This document shows positions 8,873-17,006 of a stretch of DNA of 64,000 bases, piece after piece; the stretch's first letter is position 1, and each line of letters starts with the position of its first letter. Source of the DNA: Vulcanimicrobiota bacterium (GTDB lineage Bacteria > Vulcanimicrobiota > Vulcanimicrobiia > Vulcanimicrobiales > Vulcanimicrobiaceae); the NCBI GenBank assembly GCA_963695225.1, contig OY968762.1, positions 2,592,001-2,656,000 of the forward strand. The letters run 5' to 3'. The position numbers and the translations under genes are program-made. The notes under the pieces are model-generated. The model saw nothing but the letters and a program-made list of their open reading frames with translations, was not told where the DNA came from and did no database searches.

Positions 8873-10678
8873 TCAGAGATGCCTCACGATGTCCGCTGCG
8901 TTCGCATTCGGAAGATACAGGTAACGCGCGTCGAGATAATCGGCGAGGCGCGGGGCGTAGCCGCGCGAGAGATAATCGACCTGTGTGTCGACGACGATCG
9001 CCCGGCAACCGTCTGCTCGGATGAGAGCGCAGACTCGGCGGACTTCGTCGTCGATCTCGGCTTCGCTTGCCCGCTCGCCGTCGGGACGCGGCTGGAGGGG
9101 GACGTTCCCCCGCCCGTCCGTCATCAGGATCAACACGGATTGCTGCAGGCCGCGGGCCCGGGCTTGGCGCGCGGTCTGCCAAGCCGCGACGAGCGCGGCG
9201 GCGAGCGGCGTCGCGCCGCCCGTCGGAAGGACGTCGAGTTCGCGCTTCGCCCGCTCGACGCTCTGCGTGGGAGGGAGCAGCACTTTTGCCTCGCGCCCGC
9301 GGAACGAGATCAAGCCGATGTGGTCGCGGTGGACGTAGGCCTGCTGCAGGAGCGTCGTGACCGCCCCTTTCGCTTCGCGCATGCGGTTCACGGCCATCGA
9401 GCCCGAGGCGTCGACGACGAACAGGAAGAGCGTCCCCGCCTTCGTGCGGAAGCGTTTGATACGGAAATCGTCGCGCTCGACCGCGAAGCGGGACCCCGCG
9501 CCGCGCATCTTCTGACGCGGTGCGGCCGCGATCAGCGTGGGGAAGAGCGCGAGCGAGCCGGTCTTCGGGGAGCCGGGGTGGGCGCCGACGACCCGGCCGC
9601 GCTTGGCGTGCTTCGTCTCGCCGCGGCTTCCGGCCGATCCGCGGGCGGCCTTCGCGAAGGGCATGTTGAGCAGATTCGGCGGCAGGATCACGGCGACCGA
9701 GCCGACGAGCAGCTCGCCCGCCGATTCGGCGCTTTCGCCTTCCGGCGGTTCCTCGTCGTCCTTCTCGGGCTCGTCGTCCGGCTCGGAGGCCGCTTGCTCT
9801 TGCGGCTCCTCTTGCTTCTGCTGCTCGGGAGGCTCCGGCGGTTTCGGCATTTGCGTCGCGCGCGGGAGCAGGACGAGCTTGCAAGCAAGCGCCACGTCGT
9901 CGTCGGAGACGGCCGCCCGGCCCCCGAGCGCGGCGCTCGCGATAGCGGCGCGGGCGGCGAAGATGTCGGCCCGGTTACCTTCGACGCCGAGGCTGAGCGC
10001 GGCGAGGGAGAGTTCGGTCAGCTGCTCGTCCTCGATCGTCACCGCGGCCAGGCGCGCTCGGGCGCGTGCGACGTTCTCGCGCCATAGGGCGATTTCGTCG
10101 GCGTCGTCTTTTGCGGAGGCGGGGCGGTCGCGGCCGGTGACGGCGCGGACGACGTCGGCCCGGCCTTCGGGGTCCCGCTGGGCGGGCAGCGCGACGATCA
10201 GCGCGAGCCGGTCGAGAATGTCACGCGGCGGCTCGCCGTCGCTCGGGTCGAAGCTCGCGACGAGCATGAAGCGGGCCGGCTGCACGAGGCTCAGGCCTTC
10301 CCGCTCGATCGCGACGCTGCCGCGAGACATCACGTCGAGGAGCTGCGTGACGACCGCTTGGTCGAGCCGGTTGAGCGCGTCGACGTACAGGACGCCGCCG
10401 TCGGCGCGCGCCAGGACGCCGCTCTCGACCACGCGCCGGCCGGTCGTGAGCATCGTCTCGAAATCGAGGCCGCCGAGGACCCGATCCTGCGTGATTCCGA
10501 GCGGCAGCTCAACGAACGGGGCGCCCTCGGGGATCGCGTGGGCGAGCGTGCGCGCGAGCGAGCTCTTCCCGGAACCGACGGAGCCTGAGATCGCGAGGCC
10601 GCCCAATCCCGGGTCGACCGCTAGGAGGAGCGTCGCTTCGAGTGCTGCTTCGAGTCCGACGAGCCGGCTCGCCAACAT
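8873..10678 (-). CDS. bchD: magnesium chelatase subunit D
   Basis: N-terminal AAA+ module, Pro/acidic linker, C-terminal vWA (VDASGSM, GGATPLA, LMTDGRGN). Confidence 0.95.
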   Translation of the reverse strand: MLASRLVGLEAALEATLLLAVDPGLGGLAISGSVGSGKSSLARTLAHAIPEGAPFVELPLGITQDRVLGGLDFETMLTTGRRVVESGVLARADGGVLYVDALNRLDQAVVTQLLDVMSRGSVAIEREGLSLVQPARFMLVASFDPSDGEPPRDILDRLALIVALPAQRDPEGRADVVRAVTGRDRPASAKDDADEIALWRENVARARARLAAVTIEDEQLTELSLAALSLGVEGNRADIFAARAAIASAALGGRAAVSDDDVALACKLVLLPRATQMPKPPEPPEQQKQEEPQEQAASEPDDEPEKDDEEPPEGESAESAGELLVGSVAVILPPNLLNMPFAKAARGSAGSRGETKHAKRGRVVGAHPGSPKTGSLALFPTLIAAAPRQKMRGAGSRFAVERDDFRIKRFRTKAGTLFLFVVDASGSMAVNRMREAKGAVTTLLQQAYVHRDHIGLISFRGREAKVLLPPTQSVERAKRELDVLPTGGATPLAAALVAAWQTARQARARGLQQSVLILMTDGRGNVPLQPRPDGERASEAEIDDEVRRVCALIRADGCRAIVVDTQVDYLSRGYAPRLADYLDARYLYLPNANAADIVRHL

Positions 10679-10681
10679 CGG

Positions 10682-11818
10682 CTAGAGTTTCTCGAGTTCT
10701 CGCTGGATCCGCTCGTCCGAATCCGTCGTCTCCAGCGGATCGCGCCGCAGGCGGTGGCGGAGGGCCATCAGGGCCACGGTGCGCACGTCGCCGAGCGTCG
10801 CACGCTTATGACCCTGGTAGGCGGCATGCGCGCACGCTGCGCGCGTGATGGTCAACTCGCCGCGATGCCCGTCGATCCCCAAGTCGGAACAGAGCTGCGC
10901 GATCGCGAGCAGGACGTCGTCGGGCATCGCGACGGCGCCGGCGCGCTTGCGCGCCCGGGCGATGCGCGAAGTCCATTCCTTTTGGTCGGCTTCCCAGGCT
11001 TCCGCGAACGCCTGGGGGTCGTTGTCGAACGACCGGCGGCGCTTGACGATCTCCACCCGCTGCACCGGGTCGAGGACGGTCGTGATGCGGACGTTGAGGC
11101 CGAAGCGGTCGAGCAGCTGCGGGCGCAGGTCGCCTTCTTCGGGATTTCCGGAGCCGACGAGGACGAAGCGCGCCGGGTGGGCGACGCTGATCCCCTCGCG
11201 CTCGACGACGTTGCGCCCGCTCGCGGCGACATCCAATAGGAGATCGACCAGATGGTCCTCCAGCAGATTGACCTCGTCGATGTACAGGAAGCCGCGATGG
11301 GCCCGGGCGAGCAGCCCCGGCTCGAAGCGCTTCTTCCCGTGGGCGAGCGCTTGCTCGATGTCGATCGTCCCGCAAATGCGATCTTCCGTCGCGCCGAGCG
11401 GGAGGTCCACGACGGGAACCGGGATCTTCTCGGTCTTCGTCGCGTGCGGCTCGTCGAATTCTTCGGGCATCCGGTTGCAGGCATCGCCCACGGCACGCGT
11501 GATGCTTGGGAGGATCTCCGCGAGAGCGCGGACCGCGGTACTCTTCGCCGTGCCGCGGTGGCCCATGATCATCACGCCGCCGACGCGTGGATCGACCACG
11601 TTCAAGATCAGCGCCAGCTTCATCTCGTCCTGGCCGACGATCGCGCTGAACGGATAGTTCGGGGCGGCGCCGTTCCGGCGTTCTGCGGGCTTGGGCTGCG
11701 GCTTCGCTTTCGGCTTCGCTTTCGTCTGTGCCGCAGCTTCCTCGGCGACGGCCACGGGAAGAACGGCCCGGGTTCCGGGAGACGGGGACGAGCCGTTGAC
11801 GGGCTGCTGAATGGACAC
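10682..11818 (-). CDS. bchI: magnesium chelatase subunit I
   Basis: YPFSAIVGQDEMK, GHRGTAKST, LYIDEVNLLEDH, GNPEEGDLRPQLLDRFG. Confidence 0.97.
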   Translation of the reverse strand: MSIQQPVNGSSPSPGTRAVLPVAVAEEAAAQTKAKPKAKPQPKPAERRNGAAPNYPFSAIVGQDEMKLALILNVVDPRVGGVMIMGHRGTAKSTAVRALAEILPSITRAVGDACNRMPEEFDEPHATKTEKIPVPVVDLPLGATEDRICGTIDIEQALAHGKKRFEPGLLARAHRGFLYIDEVNLLEDHLVDLLLDVAASGRNVVEREGISVAHPARFVLVGSGNPEEGDLRPQLLDRFGLNVRITTVLDPVQRVEIVKRRRSFDNDPQAFAEAWEADQKEWTSRIARARKRAGAVAMPDDVLLAIAQLCSDLGIDGHRGELTITRAACAHAAYQGHKRATLGDVRTVALMALRHRLRRDPLETTDSDERIQRELEKL

Positions 11819-11853
11819 AAGAAGCCTCAGGGACAGACGAGTAGGCTGCCGAC

Positions 11854-11897
11854 ATTACAGCACCGCACGGTCCCCGGGAGCCGTGACTTTCGACACA
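11854..11897 (-). promoter_or_regulatory. Crp-type box (TGTGT-cgaaag-TCACG, 11882-11897) plus extended -10 TGnTGTAAT upstream of bchIDH
   Basis: GTG-N8-CAC lies 23 nt upstream of the -10-like hexamer at 11859-11854. Confidence 0.55.
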
Positions 11898-11923
11898 AAT
11901 TCGCGAGAGGCGTTATCAGTTAA

Positions 11924-12421
11924 CTAACGGCGGGATCGACCTCGTCTTTCCACATGCGGCGATTGCTCGCGCACGAGCGCCATCGCGCGTCGCGCCGAGG
12001 CGTGTTTGAGAACGTATTGCGTGACGTTGACGACGTACGCGAGGTAGGAGACGATCAGCACGGCGACGTTCGCCGCAAGGTTGTCGGGCGAATGGTAGTA
12101 CACGAGCAAGTAGCCGATCTGGAAGAGCGCGACGACGTACGTCATCAAGTCTTCGAGGAAGAATTGCGGCGCGAACCACCAGTAGCCGTAGACGGCCCGC
12201 TCCCAGAGCGAGCCCGTGACGACGGCGCCGGCCATCAACGCGATCTTCAGCAGCGCGGAGAGGTGCACCACGTTGAACGAGATCTGACCGGCGAAGAAGA
12301 AGCCGATCAAGATGACGCTTACGACGCACACCGCCAGTTGCGCGAACGCAAACGGCGGATGGATCCTCGTCCAAATCGTAGCCTCGCGACGCTGGGCGAT
12401 CGCGAGCCGGCTATCGTCCAT
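11924..12421 (-). CDS. bchF: 3-vinyl (bacterio)chlorophyllide hydratase, copy 1
   Basis: WTRIHP..A.AQ, LLKI...VTGSLWE.AVYG.WWFAPQFFLED, YVVNVTQY BchF motifs. Confidence 0.9.
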   Translation of the reverse strand: MDDSRLAIAQRREATIWTRIHPPFAFAQLAVCVVSVILIGFFFAGQISFNVVHLSALLKIALMAGAVVTGSLWERAVYGYWWFAPQFFLEDLMTYVVALFQIGYLLVYYHSPDNLAANVAVLIVSYLAYVVNVTQYVLKHASARRAMALVREQSPHVERRGRSRR

Positions 12422-12457
12422 GGAACTCCCGGCTTCGGCAAGGGGTGACCTGTTGGG

Positions 12458-12501
12458 ATTGTAGGATGCCTCCGGGGCCGCCGATTGTCGCCCCGGCTAC
12501 A
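12458..12501 (-). promoter_or_regulatory. NtcA-like box (TGTAG-ccgggg-CGACA) plus -10 TACAAT for bchF copy 1
   Basis: GTA-N8-GAC-N23-TACAAT on the minus strand. Confidence 0.6.
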
Positions 12502-12532
12502 TGCGCGCGCGCGGTTCCACGATTCGAACGCC

Positions 12533-12575
12533 AAAAAAGCCCGCCGCAGGCCTTTCTGTGGCCGCGACGGGCTTT
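12533..12575 (-). terminator. intrinsic terminator downstream of the 39-aa ORF
   Basis: GC-rich stem AAAGCCCG...CGGGCTTT running into a T-tract on the minus strand. Confidence 0.75.
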
Positions 12576-12607
12576 GCGTGCGAGTCGGAAAGGGGGCCGC
12601 GTGCTGC

Positions 12608-12727
12608 TTAGAGCGCGTCCTCAGGATCGATCCAGGGCCACGGAATCAGCGCGAGGATCGGAGAGGCGATGATCGTTCCCACAATGATGAGCGTGAAGAT
12701 GAGCGTGGTGCCGAATGTTGCTTCCAT
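12608..12727 (-). CDS. 39-aa single-TM protein MEATFGTTLIFTLIIVGTIIASPILALIPWPWIDPEDAL (not in ORF track)
   Basis: AGGGAG RBS, ATG, hydrophobic helix, own downstream terminator. Confidence 0.7.
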   Translation of the reverse strand: MEATFGTTLIFTLIIVGTIIASPILALIPWPWIDPEDAL

Positions 12728-12778
12728 CGATACTCCCTGTCTGTAACCAAGCGTATCACACGCGGGGTGTAGCTGAAG

Positions 12779-13819
12779 CTACACGCCCAGCGCGACCGGT
12801 TTGAATGCGCGCAGTTGCTCGCGATTCGTGGGGACGGCGATCGCACCTTCGACGATCGCACGGTCGATCGCCGTCAGCCGCTCGCGTTGCGTTTCGGAAA
12901 GAGCTTTGCGCGTCACCGCCGTGTCGGTGAGGCCGATCGCGCCCTCCTCGAGCCCGAGTTCGAGCTGGCCGCTGATCGGCTTCTGCGAAACGGTATCCTC
13001 GCAGATTCGGAAAACGCCGACGTCGATGCGCTTGACCATGCTCGTGAGTACCTTCCCGGATGCGAGCGCATCTTGATCCGTCTCCGCGCCGATGACGTAA
13101 GCCCTGTGTGACTTCACCTCTTCGAATGTGCCGAGCCCCGCTTTGCCGGCTGCGGCGAACACGACGTCGGCATGTTTGGCGAAGAGATCGCGCGCGATGC
13201 GCCTGCCGCCGTCGTAGTCGAAGTTCGAACCGACGTAAGACACGAGCACGTTCACCCCGGGATCGGCCTCCCGCGCGCCCGCAGCGTAGCCCGCCTCGAC
13301 CCGGCGCAACTGCGGCGTATCGACGCCGCCGAGGAACGCTATCGTCTTCGTCTTCGTGACCATCGCGGCGGCGGCGCCGGCGAGAAACGCTCCGTCTTGC
13401 TCGCGAAAGGTAACCGACGTGACGTTGGGGACATTCACGATCGCGTCGATGATCGTGAAGTTGCGCTTGGGCCAGCGCCGCGCGACGGCGGCGACGTCTT
13501 TCGCCATGTCGAAGCCGATCGCGATCGTCTGATCGGTGTCCTTCGTCGCCATCAGCGTCAGGTTCGAGAAGTAATCGGAGCTGCTGCGCGACTCGAGCAC
13601 GTCGATTTGGATGTGCAACCGGCGTTGCGCCTCTTGCAGAGCCGCGTACGCTGCGTCGTTGAACGAGCGGTCCCCGAGGCCGTTCGAATCGGTCACCAAA
13701 CCTAGCTTTGGGCCGGCGTTGACGGGGGGCGGAGTCTTGTTGCAGCCCGCGAGTGGGGCGCAGAGAACGAGCGCGAGTCCTATGAGCGCGACCGAAAGCC
13801 TCGATAGCATCGGCATCAC
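12779..13819 (-). CDS. BMP-family ABC substrate-binding lipoprotein
   Basis: lipobox LAGC, GLGDRSFN, FREQDGAFLAG, LTSMVKRID. Confidence 0.92.
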   Translation of the reverse strand: MMPMLSRLSVALIGLALVLCAPLAGCNKTPPPVNAGPKLGLVTDSNGLGDRSFNDAAYAALQEAQRRLHIQIDVLESRSSSDYFSNLTLMATKDTDQTIAIGFDMAKDVAAVARRWPKRNFTIIDAIVNVPNVTSVTFREQDGAFLAGAAAAMVTKTKTIAFLGGVDTPQLRRVEAGYAAGAREADPGVNVLVSYVGSNFDYDGGRRIARDLFAKHADVVFAAAGKAGLGTFEEVKSHRAYVIGAETDQDALASGKVLTSMVKRIDVGVFRICEDTVSQKPISGQLELGLEEGAIGLTDTAVTRKALSETQRERLTAIDRAIVEGAIAVPTNREQLRAFKPVALGV

Positions 13820-13918
13820 CTACCCCAGGGACGCCGCCTATCCTCCCCGGCGCCGCACCGCGGCGCCGGGGAGGATTCGTTGAACAGGCACTCCGCCTGC
13901 GGCTCCGCGCCCCCCGCG

Positions 13919-14115
13919 CGCCAAGCGCGCGGGGTCCCCCACGGGTAGAGCCGCGGACCCTGCCGCGCAGCGGCGCCGGGGAGGATAGGCGCACGCCAAG
14001 CGCGCGGGGTCCCCCACGGGTAGAGCCGCGGACCCTGCCGCGCAGCGGCGCCGGGGAGGATAGGCGCGCGCCAGGCGCGCGGGGGGCGCGGGTAGGGCCC
14101 GCGGGCCCTGCCGCC
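13919..14115. repeat. 75-bp GC-rich tandem repeat (2 near-identical copies plus a degenerate third)
   Basis: unit CGCCAAGCGCGCGGGGTCCCCCACGG...GGGGAGGATAGGCGC starts at 13919, 13994 and (degenerate) 14069; related hairpin at ~13836-13876. Confidence 0.85.
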
Positions 14116-14141
14116 TGCTGCGCGGTGGAAGGGCCTGGAGT

Positions 14142-14185
14142 GGTAGCGCAGGCTACAGGCCGGACCGGGGGGGCTATGCTAATCT
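14142..14185 (+). promoter_or_regulatory. NtcA-like box (GGTAG-cgcagg-CTACA) plus extended -10 TGcTAATCT
   Basis: GTA-N8-TAC-N23-TAATCT upstream of the small-protein pair. Confidence 0.65.
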
Positions 14186-14283
14186 GCGTCTAGGAGCTGT
14201 CTAGCATAACTCCGGCGGTGCCGTCAGCGTAAGGCTCGGTGCGCCGACGGCTCCTCTTCACGATAAATGAAAGGTTGCGCAGA

Positions 14284-14538
14284 ATGAGTTCGTTCAAGAA
14301 GGCGATCGCAACGTTGGGAGCGGCAGCGTTCGGTTTGTTCGCATTCCTCCAAGTGCACGGGTATGCGCTTGCGACGGAACTCGATGGTAACAAAGAAACC
14401 ATCGGCAAGCCCTATTATTACGGTGGATATCCTGGCCCGCCGACCTGGTTCTGGATCCTTGCGTTCAGCTCCATCCTGGCTGCCGTCGTGGTCTTCATGG
14501 CCGACGCCAGCGTTCGGAACGCCGGCAAGAATCGTTAG
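14284..14538 (+). CDS. 84-aa signal peptide + single-TM protein with PYYYGGYPGPPTWFWIL motif
   Basis: GAAAGG RBS, signal peptide ending ALA, motif shared with next ORF. Confidence 0.8.
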   Translation: MSSFKKAIATLGAAAFGLFAFLQVHGYALATELDGNKETIGKPYYYGGYPGPPTWFWILAFSSILAAVVVFMADASVRNAGKNR

Positions 14539-14580
14539 TCCGTTTGACGTCGATCGCCTGAGTTTGAAGGGGTGCGAAGA

Positions 14581-14862
14581 ATGACTTCTTTGTCCAAGCG
14601 TACGAGGGCGGTCTCGCGTGGCCTCGGTTTGGCGGGGGCGCTCGTCCCCGCCCTGATCGCGGTCGTCCAACAGGTGGCGCTAGCGGCGGGTGATACCTCC
14701 GTACCGAACCCCTACTACTACGGGGGATATCCTGGGCCGCCGGCATGGTTTTGGATCCTAGTCTTCCCCGGCTTCCTTGCGGCGCTCGTGTTCCCAATGG
14801 CCAGTGGCTGGCTGAGCAACGCCTATAAGGAAGCAAACGCCAACCTGCGCAACAGGGGCTGA
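14581..14862 (+). CDS. 93-aa signal peptide + single-TM protein with PYYYGGYPGPPAWFWIL motif
   Basis: GAAGGGG RBS, signal peptide ending ALA, tandem paralog of 14284-14538. Confidence 0.8.
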   Translation: MTSLSKRTRAVSRGLGLAGALVPALIAVVQQVALAAGDTSVPNPYYYGGYPGPPAWFWILVFPGFLAALVFPMASGWLSNAYKEANANLRNRG

Positions 14863-14868
14863 CGCTTC

Positions 14869-14914
14869 GAATACATTGGGGGGTGGCCTTCAGGCCGCCC
14901 CCCAATGTATTTTC
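14869..14914 (+). terminator. intrinsic terminator
   Basis: ATACATTGGGGGGTGGCC-ttca-GGCCGCCCCCCAATGTAT followed by TTT. Confidence 0.85.
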
Positions 14915-15233
14915 CTCCGGCCGGTTCAGGGCTCTCCGAGGGTCGGGCGGCTGAGGCCTGGCGTAGTATTTGGGTTGCCGTTCGTCTTTACGGTCCTAGC
15001 CCCGGGCGCTTGCCGTCGGGGGCATTTGTCTGTGCGTTCGAGCACATCCGCCCGCCCCGGAACTAGTGGATGCTTTGGTGGGCGGCCCCGTCGCAAGGCG
15101 GACGCTCGAAAAAGGGAAGCCGCGCAGGGGCGATAATGGCAGCGGGGTTGCGATCATCCCGCGTTGAGCGCACTCGAGGGTAGTAATTCTGAACGACGTA
15201 ACGCTCCTCAAAAGTCTGTCGACGTTATGGCGC

Positions 15234-17006
15234 TTGGCGTCGGCGACGCATGGACGCCTGCGGTTTGCCGGCCTGCTGGGAGCGGTGAGCGCGTTGCTGG
15301 CCCTGGTCCCCGCGGCGATCGTCTACTGGGTCGCGCTGAACACCGTCGGTCCGAACGCCCAGGGCATGTTGATCCGCCCGTTCGTCTTATGGGCGGTCCT
15401 CTCGGTCGAGATCCGTTTTGCGCTGCTGTTCTTCAGCCGCATCCTGGCGCGCGTTGCCGGTGTGGGGATCGGGTACGGCCTGCGCGTCCAGGTAGCCGAC
15501 ACGCTCGGGAAAGTGCCTCTGGGTTTCTTCAACGTACACCAGAGCGGTGCGCTCAAGCAGGCGGCGATCGAGGACGTCGACGGCGTGCAGACCTTCTTTG
15601 CGGACGATTTCATCGAAGTCGTTTCGGCCGTCGTGATCCCCGTGGCGATCGTGCTGGGCTTCTTCATCGTCGATTGGCGGCTCGCGCTCGCCTCGATCGT
15701 GACGTACCCGCTCACGGTGATGGTGCAGCGGCGCCTGGTGGAACGTTCCCGGACGCTCCGCGAGGAGTACGAGCGTTCTCGCGACCGGGTCAACGCCGCC
15801 ACGGCGGAGTTTACGCGCGCGATCGTGCTGCATAAGTCGTTCGGGCAGTCGCATGAATCGGTGCGCGTGCTGGAGTCCGCGATCGATGCGTACCGCGAGG
15901 CATACAGCGCGCAGGTGGAGGCGACGGCGCTCCCCGCGAGCTTGGTGCGCACGCTGACCGGAAGCAATCTCGTCGTCGTGATCCCGCTGTCGTTGCTGTT
16001 GAACGGTGCCGGGGTGGCGGGTCTGGCGACGCTCGTCTTCTTCGGGCTGTTCAACCTGCGCCTCTCCGGCGCGCTGTTGCGTTTGGCGAAGTTGACGGCG
16101 ACCGTCGTGACCGCCGGCGTGAGCGCTCGCCGCTTGGAGGAACTCTTGGATTCCACGGCGCTGGCGGAGAAGGGGACGCTCGAGACCCCCGCGGATGCGT
16201 CGATCGGCTTCCACGCGGTGACGTTCCGCTACACGCGCGAAGGCGGCGGCCGGGACGCCTTGCAGGACATCACGCTGGAGGTTCCGGCTGGGAAGGTGAC
16301 CGCGGTCGTGGGCCTGTCGGGCGCCGGGAAGACGACGCTGGCCCGTTTGGCGGCCCGCTTCTGGGACGTGGACCAAGGCTCGGTCGAAATCGGCGGCTCG
16401 GACGTCCGGAACTACCGCTTGGAGCGCCTGATGGACGGCATCTCGTTCGTCTTCCAGGAAGCGTACCTGCTGGACGACACGGTGGCGGAGAACATTCGGA
16501 TGGGCCGCCCGGAGGTGAGCGACGAGCGCGTGACGGCGGCTGCAAAAGCGGCTCGCGCGCACGAGTTCATCTCGGCAATGCCCGAAGGGTACGCCACGGT
16601 CGTCGGGCGCAACGGCATCCGCCTCTCCCAAGGGGAGCGCCAGCGTATCCAGATCGCGCGGGCGCTGCTCAAGGAAGCCCCGGTCCTGATCTTAGATGAA
16701 GCGACCGCCTCGACGGACCCCGAGAACGAAGCGATGATCCAGGATGCGCTGGTGGCGCTGGCACGCGAGAAGACGGTCCTGGTGATCGCGCACCGCCTCT
16801 CCACGGTGGTGGATGCCGACCAGATCGTCGTGCTCGACGCGGGGCGCATCGTCGCCAAAGGGACGCACGCCGAGCTGCTCGCATCGAGCGACCACTACCG
16901 CCGCCTCTGGCACGACTACACCACCTCGTTCGAATGGGCCATCGCGAGCCCCGAAGCGGCGCCTGCTCCGGCGGCCGGCTCGGCGGCGGAAGGAGCGGCG
17001 CGATGA
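15234..17006 (+). CDS. ABC transporter fused permease/ATPase (YbtP/IrtA-like half transporter)
   Basis: TMD plus GLSGAGKT, LSQGERQR, ILDEAT; TTG start uncertain. Confidence 0.9.
   Translation: MASATHGRLRFAGLLGAVSALLALVPAAIVYWVALNTVGPNAQGMLIRPFVLWAVLSVEIRFALLFFSRILARVAGVGIGYGLRVQVADTLGKVPLGFFNVHQSGALKQAAIEDVDGVQTFFADDFIEVVSAVVIPVAIVLGFFIVDWRLALASIVTYPLTVMVQRRLVERSRTLREEYERSRDRVNAATAEFTRAIVLHKSFGQSHESVRVLESAIDAYREAYSAQVEATALPASLVRTLTGSNLVVVIPLSLLLNGAGVAGLATLVFFGLFNLRLSGALLRLAKLTATVVTAGVSARRLEELLDSTALAEKGTLETPADASIGFHAVTFRYTREGGGRDALQDITLEVPAGKVTAVVGLSGAGKTTLARLAARFWDVDQGSVEIGGSDVRNYRLERLMDGISFVFQEAYLLDDTVAENIRMGRPEVSDERVTAAAKAARAHEFISAMPEGYATVVGRNGIRLSQGERQRIQIARALLKEAPVLILDEATASTDPENEAMIQDALVALAREKTVLVIAHRLSTVVDADQIVVLDAGRIVAKGTHAELLASSDHYRRLWHDYTTSFEWAIASPEAAPAPAAGSAAEGAAR

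Noticed and set aside
5008..9024. 1338-aa plus-strand ORF and many other long antisense ORFs
   Set aside because: Shadow frames of real genes (here bchH) caused by high GC content; no recognisable motifs
12738..12760. Possible PpsR site (TGT-N12-ACA)
   Set aside because: Spacing is N13, and no ppsR gene is in the window
13919..14115. Possible CRISPR array
   Set aside because: Units repeat in full with no unique spacers, and no cas genes are present
14175..14255. Possible riboswitch in the small-protein leader (TATGCTA/TAGCATA and GCCGTC/GACGGC stems)
   Set aside because: Stems are present but match no riboswitch consensus I can recognise; part overlaps the predicted -10
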